From Candidatus Kapaibacterium sp. (lineage in GTDB: Bacteria; Bacteroidota; Ignavibacteria; Kapaibacteriales; UBA2268), in contig JAONBD010000004.1 of the NCBI GenBank assembly GCA_028376765.1, positions 793 through 64,792 on the forward strand: a stretch of 64,000 bases of DNA, given 5' to 3'. Shown in pieces: positions 32,071-40,995 of the stretch. Position numbers and translations under genes: made by a program. Every line of letters begins with the position of its first letter. Positions within the stretch are counted from its first letter, which is position 1. The notes below the pieces were generated by a model, which had not been told where the DNA came from, did not search any database, and saw only the letters and a list, made by a program, of their open reading frames with translations.

Positions 32071-32166
32071 GTCATTCAGAAAGAGGACTTCAGTCAGATT
32101 GAAGAATCCAGTATGTGCTTTTTTTACTGGATTCTTCCTAACGCTTCACTACAGTCAGAATTATGA
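32071..32166. repeat. Degenerate REP/MITE-like palindromic element
   Basis: GTCATTC...GAAGAATCCAGTA / TACTGGATTCTTC...CAGAAT; perfect 13-bp inner inverted repeat. Confidence 0.6.
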
Positions 32167-32280
32167 GAACACTTTACAGAATGCTTCTACCAAAGTATTC
32201 GTTGACTCTTTTTTGGGCGAAAGCTACCAATCCCAAAACAAAATACTAGAAAACGGTTTATCCATATTTTAAAAATGTTT

Positions 32281-32319
32281 AATAAAAAAAAGCCCAAGAA
32301 CAGTACTTCTTGAGCTTTA
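32281..32319 (-). terminator. Intrinsic terminator, near-duplicate of 37279..37316
   Basis: AAAGCTCAAGA-AGTACTGT-TCTTGGGCTTT plus T run on the minus strand. Confidence 0.75.
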
Positions 32320-32363
32320 GATATTTTTATATTAAGTCTCTATAAATGAAAAGAGTAAGCTTT

Positions 32364-32543
32364 TTAACTTCTTCTAGCGTACCACACACCACTGATTAGC
32401 ATCAAACCCATAAAAGCGTACATTCCCCAATCGCCAAGAGTTGGGATAGTAAACCCAGTTGTCTGTGGAGCATTTGCTGTAAAGTAGTTTGCTGTAGCTT
32501 GATTAGCACCAGTTGCGAAAGGAATTAGTGCAAATCTGAAAGT
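32364..32543 (-). pseudogene. 3' remnant of an IPTL-CTERM surface-protein gene, paralog of 35535..37220
   Basis: Translates to ..FRFALIPFATGANQATANYFTANAPQTTGFTIPTLGDWGMYAFMGLMLISGVWYARRS*; no start codon before the upstream stop. Confidence 0.85.
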
Positions 32544-32567
32544 AGGGGTAAAAAATTAAATTATAAA

Positions 32568-32816
32568 ATGCTCAAGAATGACGAATTATTTATTTGGGTT
32601 ACTCACTACTATCCATCAGAAAACCCATATAATTCAAACGAATATACTGATTTGATTATGTATAATTATAATTCAAATACAATTACTTGGGATACAACAT
32701 TTAGCAAGTACTTTTCCTTAAACCATTTTAGTTTTGATACAACGCACCATTTTATGACATATATTTATGATAAAAATCATGTGTACGATGATAAGACTCA
32801 AAAATGGAGAAGCTAG
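32568..32816 (+). pseudogene. Probable gene fragment (82 aa)
   Basis: Short ORF inside a mosaic region; reads like an internal piece of a beta-rich protein. Confidence 0.35.
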
Positions 32817-32918
32817 GCAAACTTAAAGGACAAATGACTCCAGCCCAGTCTGCTAATTTCATTAAACTACAAGCTAAGTATTTGCATTCTATGCAAAATA
32901 TGTCTTGGTTTTAATAAA

Positions 32919-32926
32919 TATATTTG
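32919..32926 (+). promoter_or_regulatory. -7 promoter box (TATATTTG) for the TerB operon
   Basis: TAnnTTTG match; overlaps the ORF-track TTG start, favouring ATG 33002. Confidence 0.55.
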
Positions 32927-33001
32927 CCCCACCGAATAATTTATATATTGCGATATGGAAGAATACAAATAAATACTTTTAATACAATAAATGGAGTACT
33001 G

Positions 33002-33460
33002 ATGGACTATAACATAAATGAGGTTTTTGAAACCTTAGATTCAAAACAAAATTTTCTAAAGGGAATTATCTCTCTTATTTGGGCAGATGGTGTCATAAAA
33101 ATAGAGGAAGACGAATTCTTAAAAGATTTATCTCTTCATCTTAAATTGACTACCGAACAATTAACTCAATTATATAGTTTACTAAAAGATGATAATGCTG
33201 AGTTGGCATTAAAATTTGAGAATGATATTCAACGATTAGTATTTCTAAAAGAAGGAATTCAACTTTGCTATATTGATGGTAATTACGATAGTAGGGAGAA
33301 AAAAATGATGCGTGATTATTCTAAACAATTTAATATAAGTGAGGAATTTATAACTAATTTGGAAAATTGGGTTATTGATGGTCTGGCGTGGTATAAGAAA
33401 GGTTTAGAACTGTTTGGTCATACAGAAGAATTATCAATTATAAATAAAGTAGGTGTCTAA
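33002..33460 (+). CDS. TerB-like protein
   Basis: Two TerB-type motifs (WADGVIKIEE; YIDGNYDSREK); GGAG RBS before ATG 33002. Confidence 0.8.
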   Translation: MDYNINEVFETLDSKQNFLKGIISLIWADGVIKIEEDEFLKDLSLHLKLTTEQLTQLYSLLKDDNAELALKFENDIQRLVFLKEGIQLCYIDGNYDSREKKMMRDYSKQFNISEEFITNLENWVIDGLAWYKKGLELFGHTEELSIINKVGV

Positions 33461-34019
33461 TATGTCTAAATCAAAAATGAAATATAAATCATCAGAATCT
33501 TTAAATTCAATAAATATTGTACTTGAAGAAGCAGACTCTGCAGTTAAAGATACTACTAGGACTATACAAAAAAGTGCAATACCTGAATTACTAGGTGTAG
33601 CAGTTGGTGCTGGTGTTGGAGGTGCGGCATCATTTGCTGGCTTGTATTTTGGTGGGTCAATTATTGGATTGAGTGGAGCAGGAATTACCTCAGGACTTGC
33701 TGCAGCTGGCGGAATAGTTGGTGGAGGAATGACAGCAGGTATTTTTGTTCTTGCAGCCCCTGTTGCATTTCTAGGCGTAGCAGGATATGGTCTTGTATCT
33801 AGGTATAAAAAAAATAAACTACGTGAAGAAAAAGAAGCTATGCTTCAAGAGGTAATGAAGAGACATGACGCAATTATAAATGCTATTAAAGATGAATCAA
33901 ACCAGACTAAACAAAGAGCTGACTATCTTAATGCTTTGAACATTTTGTTACAAGGTGTAATTAATGATTTAAGAGAAGACCTAGGTTTAGATAACAAGCT
34001 ATTACCACAAGGGACATGA
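33453..34019 (+). CDS. Glycine-zipper membrane protein with C-terminal coiled coil
   Basis: GLSGAGITSGLAAAGGIVGGGMTAGI hydrophobic hairpin then heptad-rich helix; start may be ATG 33462. Confidence 0.8.
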   Translation: MSNMSKSKMKYKSSESLNSINIVLEEADSAVKDTTRTIQKSAIPELLGVAVGAGVGGAASFAGLYFGGSIIGLSGAGITSGLAAAGGIVGGGMTAGIFVLAAPVAFLGVAGYGLVSRYKKNKLREEKEAMLQEVMKRHDAIINAIKDESNQTKQRADYLNALNILLQGVINDLREDLGLDNKLLPQGT

Positions 34020-35473
34020 TGGGTAAGAAAAATGTGAAAGAACAAGAGCAAGAGCTATTAAAGGTTGCAAAACATCAATCAAATGAACTTTCAGAAATCA
34101 AGAATGTTAATCAAGAGACTAAATCTAGTTTAGTCTCTTCGATAGATAGTTCAGAGAAATTACTAAAAGAGCTTGGTGCAAAAGTCAATAAAAATGATAT
34201 GGAGAATGAAAATACTTCAACAAATACTCCAGTTAAAGTTACTAAAATTAGAAGCTGGGATGAGATTAGCTCTGAAGCCAAAGAACAAATTCTAGGTGAG
34301 GTTTCTTTTACTGATTTGTTAAGTGCTGAAGATATTGAAAAATCAGTTTCAAAAGTAGCATTTCTTCGTGAAGAATTCGATAAAGAATATAATCCTCAAT
34401 GTGATAAGTATGATTATATGATTGCGGCTGCTTGTGGCTCTATTGGTGGTTTGATTGATGCTATATTTGTTGATATTCCTAAAGAAGGAATGTTAAGTAA
34501 AAAAATTGATAAAAAGTCAGATAAGGTAGTTGAAAAAATCGCAGAATATTTTGGATGGAATAAGTCTAAAGCTGTAGAAAAAGGTTCAAACACAACAAAA
34601 TCAGCTATTGGTTTTTTAGAAAAAATATTTCCTGTTAATTATGACCACAGACATGGAGGTGATGTTAAACATTTATTTAAAATGTCAACGAAAAACCACC
34701 ATTTAAAGTCTATAGCTCATTCTCCTGATATATTTGGACTTGTTTATTCCATATTTAATCAGTTTACAAATACAGCTTCATTTATTGATAATGGGAAAAT
34801 AATCACCATTAAAACTGATACCTTTGAACTACAAGGGTCTAACGTGGCATCTAAAATATTTTCAGGTTTTGTGAATTGGATTGGACATTTAGCTTCTGAC
34901 TTCAATGGTTCAAGTGGTAATGTAAATCGTGGGACTGGTATTCCAATTCCTTTTTATGAATTGTTCCAATTCTTGAACTTTGGAAACTTTGGTAAACATA
35001 AACAATCATTTGCTGATATAGCTACTCAAGTCTTTGAGCAAGGATATGATTTGAGACATGGTATTGCTATGTCTATACCTACAATCATAACTGAATTATT
35101 AGTTAGATTTATGTTCACAATAAAGCAGAAGTTCTACCACAATAAAACTTGGAAGGAGTCTTTACCTATTGGGAATAATCTTGAACTACAACGTATGTTA
35201 TTAACTGCTCATGGTTGTTTCTTTCTAATTGACGTTGCTGATGCAGCTTTAAAATCTGGCGGGAATTGGGTTATGTTCTTTACTAGGATGAATTTAGTTG
35301 AGAGTGTGAGGTTTGCTCAACTTGGGTTTAAAGAAGCCAAAAGATTAGCACTACGAGAATCGAAAAGACATGAGCAAGTAATGGACAACCTGAATGAAGA
35401 TTGGACAAAGTTAAATAAATCACTTGAAGAAACTTGGGCTTTAATGTCCGAAGAGTATGTGTTTGTAGAATGA
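34016..35473 (+). CDS. Hypothetical protein: N-terminal coiled coil plus hydrophobic His-rich core
   Basis: 485 aa; DYMIAAACGSIGGLID, YDHRHG, HHLKSIAH, WIGHLASD and GYDLRH motifs; ATGA overlap with previous gene. Confidence 0.8.
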   Translation: MMGKKNVKEQEQELLKVAKHQSNELSEIKNVNQETKSSLVSSIDSSEKLLKELGAKVNKNDMENENTSTNTPVKVTKIRSWDEISSEAKEQILGEVSFTDLLSAEDIEKSVSKVAFLREEFDKEYNPQCDKYDYMIAAACGSIGGLIDAIFVDIPKEGMLSKKIDKKSDKVVEKIAEYFGWNKSKAVEKGSNTTKSAIGFLEKIFPVNYDHRHGGDVKHLFKMSTKNHHLKSIAHSPDIFGLVYSIFNQFTNTASFIDNGKIITIKTDTFELQGSNVASKIFSGFVNWIGHLASDFNGSSGNVNRGTGIPIPFYELFQFLNFGNFGKHKQSFADIATQVFEQGYDLRHGIAMSIPTIITELLVRFMFTIKQKFYHNKTWKESLPIGNNLELQRMLLTAHGCFFLIDVADAALKSGGNWVMFFTRMNLVESVRFAQLGFKEAKRLALRESKRHEQVMDNLNEDWTKLNKSLEETWALMSEEYVFVE

Positions 35474-35534
35474 ATCATCCTTAAATATTTCATATTAAGA
35501 AAGTCAATTATCAACTGATATTTGGCTTTCCTTT

Positions 35535-37220
35535 TTAACTTCTTCTCACATACCACACACCACCGATTAGCATTAAACCCATAAAAGCGTACATTCCCCA
35601 ATCGCCAAGAGTTGGGATAGTAAATGCTCTTAATGTTGGAGGGTTGGCTGTTAGATAATTTGTGGTTGCAATATTACTACCAACCTTGTAAGGTATTAAT
35701 ACAAAATTATAATCCTGCTGTGCTACTAAACTACTAACTGTAAAGCTAGTTGCTGTATTATTAGTTATTTTTGCAACTACTGTCCCATTACCTATATTAT
35801 CAGTTACAGAATAATCTGAGCCATCAACTGGGTAGTTACTTGAGCTAACATTACTACTAGTTTGAATGATCAAATATCCATCAGCATTAGCTCCAAAAGC
35901 TGCGAACCCTAATACTATTTCATTTTTATTTTGACCAATTTGATAAAATGTATTAGAATGAACACTTGGCTCAGCATCTAATGTCCAGAAACTTGTTTCG
36001 TTGCTTTCCGTCCAAGAAACAGAATTTGTAGCACTTGCTCTTATAAAATATTGTGTAGCAGCTGTTAATGTTGTTGGATTAATCCCAACATTTACCGTGG
36101 AGCTAGATCCAGATATTGTTGCTGATTCCGAATCAATATAATTGCCAGAGCTTAACCCTATATCAAAAGTATAAGTTGTAGTCACATTCCCTGAATATAA
36201 ATCCATAGAAATAGTCGCAGAAGTAGAATTGTTTAAACCAACTCCTGTTAAGTTATAAATTACTGGTTTCATCGGTGGTTCTGTATCAAATATCCAAGTC
36301 TCATCAAAATTTACACCATCAGAACCACCAAAAAGAAGAATTTCAGTATCGCTAATACGATCCATCATTGCAAGTCTTCTAATACTTGGTTGTGAAGGAG
36401 TAGCAAGCTGTGACCATGAGCCACTTGTTCTTTCAAATAACCATGTATCATTATTATCAACACTTGTTCTCCCACCAAATAATAACGCTTCATTATTACT
36501 TATTCTTGCCATCATAGCGTCCCGTCTTGCACTTGGTTGTGAGGGAGTGATTAATTCAGTCCAAGATCCACTACTTCTATCAAATAACCAGGTCTCATCT
36601 ATATTATTACCATCATGCCCACCAAAAAGAAGAACTTCGGTATCGCTAATGCGGCTCATCATACCCTGATTTCTAACACTTGGTTGGGAAGGAGTAGCCA
36701 GCTGTGTCCATGAGCCACTATTATTATCAAACAGCCAAGTGTCATTAAAACGTGAATCATCAAAACCTCCAAAAAGTAATACTTCTGAATCGCTAATTCT
36801 ACTCATCATTGCATAGCGTCTTGCACTTGGTTGTGTAGGTGTTGCAAGCTGAGTCCATGAGCCACTGTTGTTATTAAATCTCCACGTTTCATTGTTATAA
36901 GTCCCATTATCTCCTCCAAATAGCAAAACATCATTTTCGCTAATGCGTGACATCATAGATCCATATCTTGCACTTGGTTGTGTAGGTGTAGAAAGTTGCG
37001 TCCAAGAACCACTACTTCTATCAAATCGCCAAGTTTCGTTATTATTGCCCCCTCCGTCAATACCTCCAAACAGCAATGCTTCAGTTTCACTTATTCGGGC
37101 CATCATTCCAATTCTTCTTGCACTTGGCTCCGTTGGGGTCTCCAACTGAGTCCAAGAACCTGAGGATTGCCCAAAAGCTACACCGCTAAGAAATATGACA
37201 AATAGAAATATTTTTTTCAT
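35535..37220 (-). CDS. Secreted Kelch-repeat + FN3-like surface protein with IPTL-CTERM sorting signal
   Basis: Signal peptide + Gln; six ~49-aa Kelch repeats (LLFGG..TW); C-terminal IPTLGDWG-TM-RR. Confidence 0.88.
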   Translation of the reverse strand: MKKIFLFVIFLSGVAFGQSSGSWTQLETPTEPSARRIGMMARISETEALLFGGIDGGGNNNETWRFDRSSGSWTQLSTPTQPSARYGSMMSRISENDVLLFGGDNGTYNNETWRFNNNSGSWTQLATPTQPSARRYAMMSRISDSEVLLFGGFDDSRFNDTWLFDNNSGSWTQLATPSQPSVRNQGMMSRISDTEVLLFGGHDGNNIDETWLFDRSSGSWTELITPSQPSARRDAMMARISNNEALLFGGRTSVDNNDTWLFERTSGSWSQLATPSQPSIRRLAMMDRISDTEILLFGGSDGVNFDETWIFDTEPPMKPVIYNLTGVGLNNSTSATISMDLYSGNVTTTYTFDIGLSSGNYIDSESATISGSSSTVNVGINPTTLTAATQYFIRASATNSVSWTESNETSFWTLDAEPSVHSNTFYQIGQNKNEIVLGFAAFGANADGYLIIQTSSNVSSSNYPVDGSDYSVTDNIGNGTVVAKITNNTATSFTVSSLVAQQDYNFVLIPYKVGSNIATTNYLTANPPTLRAFTIPTLGDWGMYAFMGLMLIGGVWYVRRS

Positions 37221-37253
37221 TTTTCGTACCTTGATTTAATTTTGCTATTTATA

Positions 37254-37261
37254 CAAATATA
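37254..37261 (-). promoter_or_regulatory. -7 promoter box (TATATTTG) for the Kelch gene
   Basis: TAnnTTTG on the minus strand 33 nt upstream of ATG. Confidence 0.55.
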
Positions 37262-37278
37262 ACTATTTATTCATAACT

Positions 37279-37316
37279 AATAAAAAAAGCCCAAGAACAG
37301 TACTTCCCCGAGCTTT
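37279..37316 (-). terminator. Intrinsic terminator after the glycosyltransferase, near-duplicate of 32281..32319
   Basis: AGCTCGGGGA-AGTACTGT-TCTTGGGCT plus T run. Confidence 0.7.
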
Positions 37317-37356
37317 TATATCTATAAATTTATTCTGATAAATTGGATAGTATTTT

Positions 37357-38517
37357 TTAATCAAATAATTTTTGAATTTTCTCTTTTTGGGATTCAAAAC
37401 CATAATTTTTTGCAACTTTTTTGCATTTTTCAATGTAAGGTTGTCTGTTTTGGTGGAGTTGCAAATAAGCAATTTTGTCTGCTATTTCTTCTGGATCACA
37501 TTTCTGGTCTACTAAAATACCAACTTCTTCTTTGTTAATAACATTTTCCATTTGTTGTAAATTTGTAACAACAGATGGCTTATTTGCTATTATATACTCA
37601 AATAATTTATTTGGCAGTGCAAGCTCATAAGATTTAGAAATTGGTTCAAATAGTGCAAGACCTACATCGGCACTACAAGTAATCTCATGAAGCCTCATAT
37701 ATGGTACTAAACCAGCAAATATTACTTTTCTAGCTAAATTATTAGAATCAACATATTGTTTTAATTCTGGATAATAATCGCCCTGCCCAACAATTACAAG
37801 CCTTACATCATCTAATTTCTGAATTGCTTTTATAGCTGGCAAAATTCCCCTTCCTTTCATAAGCATACCTTGGTAAATAACGATTAAATCATTATCGCCA
37901 AATTTTAATTTTTTCCTCAATAAATCTGATTTTACAGCTGCTTGGTAGGGTGGCAAGTTTAAAATCTCAGTATATGGTAAATTATGCCTAAAGTATTCCT
38001 TTAAATAGATTGAATCGAATGGACCAGATGTAACCATCTTGTTTACATTCTTGACATACATTTTTTCAGCTTGTGATAAAATTGCTTGTTTTATTCCTCT
38101 CCCTTCATAAGTCCCTAATTCAGAATAGATTTCCCTACTATCATAAATCATTTTTGAATGGGCACCCATAAAAGTAGATTGTTTTTTCAAATCGTTTGTT
38201 ATTGGCAGGCTATATAAATCGCAAGCGTAGTAAAATTTTGCAGTTATATTGTTATAATATTTTTTTGCATCAGCTTTGAATTTTGTCCACCTAACAGAAG
38301 CTTTCGAATGTGTTGATTTTTCGCAGTTATAAAATTGTACTCTATGACCTTTCAAATTTCTTGCATCATTCTCATTACCAATAGCGATAAGACAAACTGA
38401 TTTTCCAAGCTTTGCAGTTAGTTTTACAATATTGAGAGTTCTGCCATCAGTAAAGGGTTCTGAAAAGCTAATAAAACACACATCGTGTGTATATGTTTTT
38501 GGTGCTGTATCTGCCAT
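37357..38517 (-). CDS. GT4-family glycosyltransferase
   Basis: YDSRE, YQG..GRG and LPNKLFEY motifs; start placed at ATG 38517 because a TAnnTTTG box (38544-38551) lies in the longer extension. Confidence 0.88.
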   Translation of the reverse strand: MADTAPKTYTHDVCFISFSEPFTDGRTLNIVKLTAKLGKSVCLIAIGNENDARNLKGHRVQFYNCEKSTHSKASVRWTKFKADAKKYYNNITAKFYYACDLYSLPITNDLKKQSTFMGAHSKMIYDSREIYSELGTYEGRGIKQAILSQAEKMYVKNVNKMVTSGPFDSIYLKEYFRHNLPYTEILNLPPYQAAVKSDLLRKKLKFGDNDLIVIYQGMLMKGRGILPAIKAIQKLDDVRLVIVGQGDYYPELKQYVDSNNLARKVIFAGLVPYMRLHEITCSADVGLALFEPISKSYELALPNKLFEYIIANKPSVVTNLQQMENVINKEEVGILVDQKCDPEEIADKIAYLQLHQNRQPYIEKCKKVAKNYGFESQKEKIQKLFD

Positions 38518-38678
38518 AGTACTTTTTAATTGTGATTTAATAGCAAAAATAGTCATTTGTTATCTTTAAATAAAATTTAATGAAAGATAAGTTTTCAAAT
38601 CAGTTTTGCTAATTTATTTGTAATTTAGAATAAATAGACCTAAATTTAAAGGTATACATCAACTATAACTGGTAACAA

Positions 38679-40712
38679 ATGTTTGAATTTGGACTCAAAA
38701 ACTGGATTTTTATAAGTGTTTTTATCTTTGCATTAGCATTCTTTTTAAGAAGCTATTCAAAGTTAATAGCTCATTTACAGCTTGCTAGAGCTGATGATAG
38801 AATGGATAATATCATTGATAGGCTCATAAATACTTTTGTAGTAGCAATAGCTCAAAAGAAAATTTTAAGGGATAAAAAAGCTGGTCCAATTCACGCCATG
38901 ATATTTTGGGGATTTTTAATTCTTGGATTATCTGCAGTAAATTCAGTACTAACAGGATTTGGGGTTCAAGGTATTTTAAATTACTTAGGTCCAATTTTCA
39001 CAGCAATTACCGTATTAACTGATATCTTCATAATCCTAATTATAGCAGGGGTAATTGCATCTGGATATAGAAGACTTGTTATAAAGGTACCAAGACTTCA
39101 CCGAGAAGGACATAGCCAAACGGAGGCGACTGTAATCTTAGCAATGATTTTTACTATTGTGACTTCATTAATGTTTGAAAATGCTGCTCATATTGTAATG
39201 CATGGCACTGATACTTTTGAAGTTAGACCAATAGCTTACGCACTTTCTGGATTAATTTCAGCTGATTCTGCACCAATTATTTACGAAGCTGGTTGGTGGA
39301 TTCATATTATTGTGATATTAGCCTTTACGAATTTATTGCCATATTCTAAACATTTACATGTTTTAACATCAGTACCAAATGTATTTTTTTCAAATACTGG
39401 CCCTACAAACAAATTATCGGTAATTAACTTTGAAGATGATAGTATTGAATCCTATGGTGTTACTGAAATTGAAGACTTTTCTTGGAAGACCCTGCACGAT
39501 TCATACACCTGTACAGAATGTGGTAGGTGTACTAGTGTTTGCCCTGCTAATCAAACTGGAAAGATTCTGGACCCAAGAGAGATAATGGTTCAGATTAGAT
39601 CTCGAACTATGGATAGAGCTCCAATTCTTCATAAATTAGAAAAATGGGGAAAAACTGCCGAAAATTGGGAAGAAGCAAATCTCGAAGAAGCTGAAAAAGA
39701 AATAATGAATAAAAAGCTTATTGGTGATTATGTTAACCCTGAAGCTCTTTGGCAATGTACTACTTGTTCTGCTTGTATGCAAGAATGCCCCGTTAATATT
39801 GAGCATGTACCAGCTATTGTAGAAATGAGAAGAAGCCTAGTAATGATGGAAGCCGAATTTCCAGAAGAATTACAAACTCCATTTAATAACATTGAAAATA
39901 ATGCCGCTCCTTGGGCATTTGCTCAAGACCAACGAGCAGATTGGACCGAGGGAACGACAGTTAAAGAAGCAGCTAATAAGCCTGATTTTGATATACTGTT
40001 TTGGGTTGGTTGTGCTGGTTCATTCGATGATAGGACAAAGAATGTTACTAAAGCCTTTGCTAAGTTGATGGATCATGCTGATATTAATTTTGCCATTCTT
40101 GGGAAAGAAGAAGCATGTACGGGAGACCCAGCTAGAAGAGCTGGTAATGAGTATTTAGCAGATTCTTTTGTTAGAATGAATGTAGAAACTATGAATGGTT
40201 ATGATGTTAAAAAAATTGTAACTACTTGCCCACATTGCTTGAATACCTTAAAAAATGAGTACCCACAATTTGGTGGTAACTACGAAGTTGAACTCCATAC
40301 TGAGTTTTTAGACCGCTTAATGGACGAAGGGAAAATTCCTGTAAATAATTCTACAAGAGCCGCTAAAGACGTAACTATTCATGATTCTTGCTATGCTGGT
40401 AGATTAAATAATATTTACAAAGAGCCAAGAAACTTACTTAAAACTTCTGGACTCAATATCCTTGAAACCCGACGAACTGAAGATAAAGGTCTTTGCTGCG
40501 GTGCTGGTGGTGGACAAATGTTTATGGAAGAAAATGAAGGTAAACGTGTAAACATGGAACGTACTGAGGAGCTACTAGAAACTGGAGCAGAAACTATAGC
40601 TTTGAATTGCCCATTCTGTATGACAATGATAACCGATGGTGTTAAAACTCTTGAATCCAAAGTTCAAGTAAAAGACATCTCCGAAATAATTTTAGAATCA
40701 ATTGAAGCATAA
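38679..40712 (+). CDS. Membrane-anchored Fe-S oxidoreductase, FadF/HdrD-like (TM + 2x4Fe-4S + CCG domains)
   Basis: CTECGRCTSVCP, CTTCSACMQECP, CTG, CPHC, CCGAGG and CPFC motifs. Confidence 0.9.
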   Translation: MFEFGLKNWIFISVFIFALAFFLRSYSKLIAHLQLARADDRMDNIIDRLINTFVVAIAQKKILRDKKAGPIHAMIFWGFLILGLSAVNSVLTGFGVQGILNYLGPIFTAITVLTDIFIILIIAGVIASGYRRLVIKVPRLHREGHSQTEATVILAMIFTIVTSLMFENAAHIVMHGTDTFEVRPIAYALSGLISADSAPIIYEAGWWIHIIVILAFTNLLPYSKHLHVLTSVPNVFFSNTGPTNKLSVINFEDDSIESYGVTEIEDFSWKTLHDSYTCTECGRCTSVCPANQTGKILDPREIMVQIRSRTMDRAPILHKLEKWGKTAENWEEANLEEAEKEIMNKKLIGDYVNPEALWQCTTCSACMQECPVNIEHVPAIVEMRRSLVMMEAEFPEELQTPFNNIENNAAPWAFAQDQRADWTEGTTVKEAANKPDFDILFWVGCAGSFDDRTKNVTKAFAKLMDHADINFAILGKEEACTGDPARRAGNEYLADSFVRMNVETMNGYDVKKIVTTCPHCLNTLKNEYPQFGGNYEVELHTEFLDRLMDEGKIPVNNSTRAAKDVTIHDSCYAGRLNNIYKEPRNLLKTSGLNILETRRTEDKGLCCGAGGGQMFMEENEGKRVNMERTEELLETGAETIALNCPFCMTMITDGVKTLESKVQVKDISEIILESIEA

Positions 40713-40717
40713 ATATA

Positions 40718-40948
40718 ATGAATGAAAAAGATAAAAGCCTGGAATTGATTGCTGGAACTTTTCTTGGCTTTATTATTCAAGGAGCCTTTATGCTCTTGTC
40801 TCTTTTAATTTATTATTTGTACGAGACAAAAATAGGTCTAATAGTGGCAATTATAGTTTTTACAGTTGGCTTAATCCTCTCTATTCTTGTTTTTATAAAC
40901 ATAAAAAAGAAAGGACTTATTTCAATACTACCAAAAATCAAAAAATAG
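40718..40948 (+). CDS. Small 2-TM hypothetical protein
   Basis: 5 nt after the previous stop; two hydrophobic helices. Confidence 0.55.
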   Translation: MNEKDKSLELIAGTFLGFIIQGAFMLLSLLIYYLYETKIGLIVAIIVFTVGLILSILVFINIKKKGLISILPKIKK

Positions 40949-40995
40949 AATAGTTGAGCAAAAATTTAAAAAAATGCTTCCATGTTTAATATTTA

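Noticed and set aside
32361-35624. Diversity-generating retroelement TR/VR pair
   Set aside because: The five mismatches are not adenine-specific on either strand, the repeat encodes a membrane anchor rather than a variable domain, and there is no reverse transcriptase in the window
36283-37160. CRISPR-like ~147-bp periodic repeats
   Set aside because: They are in-frame Kelch coding repeats
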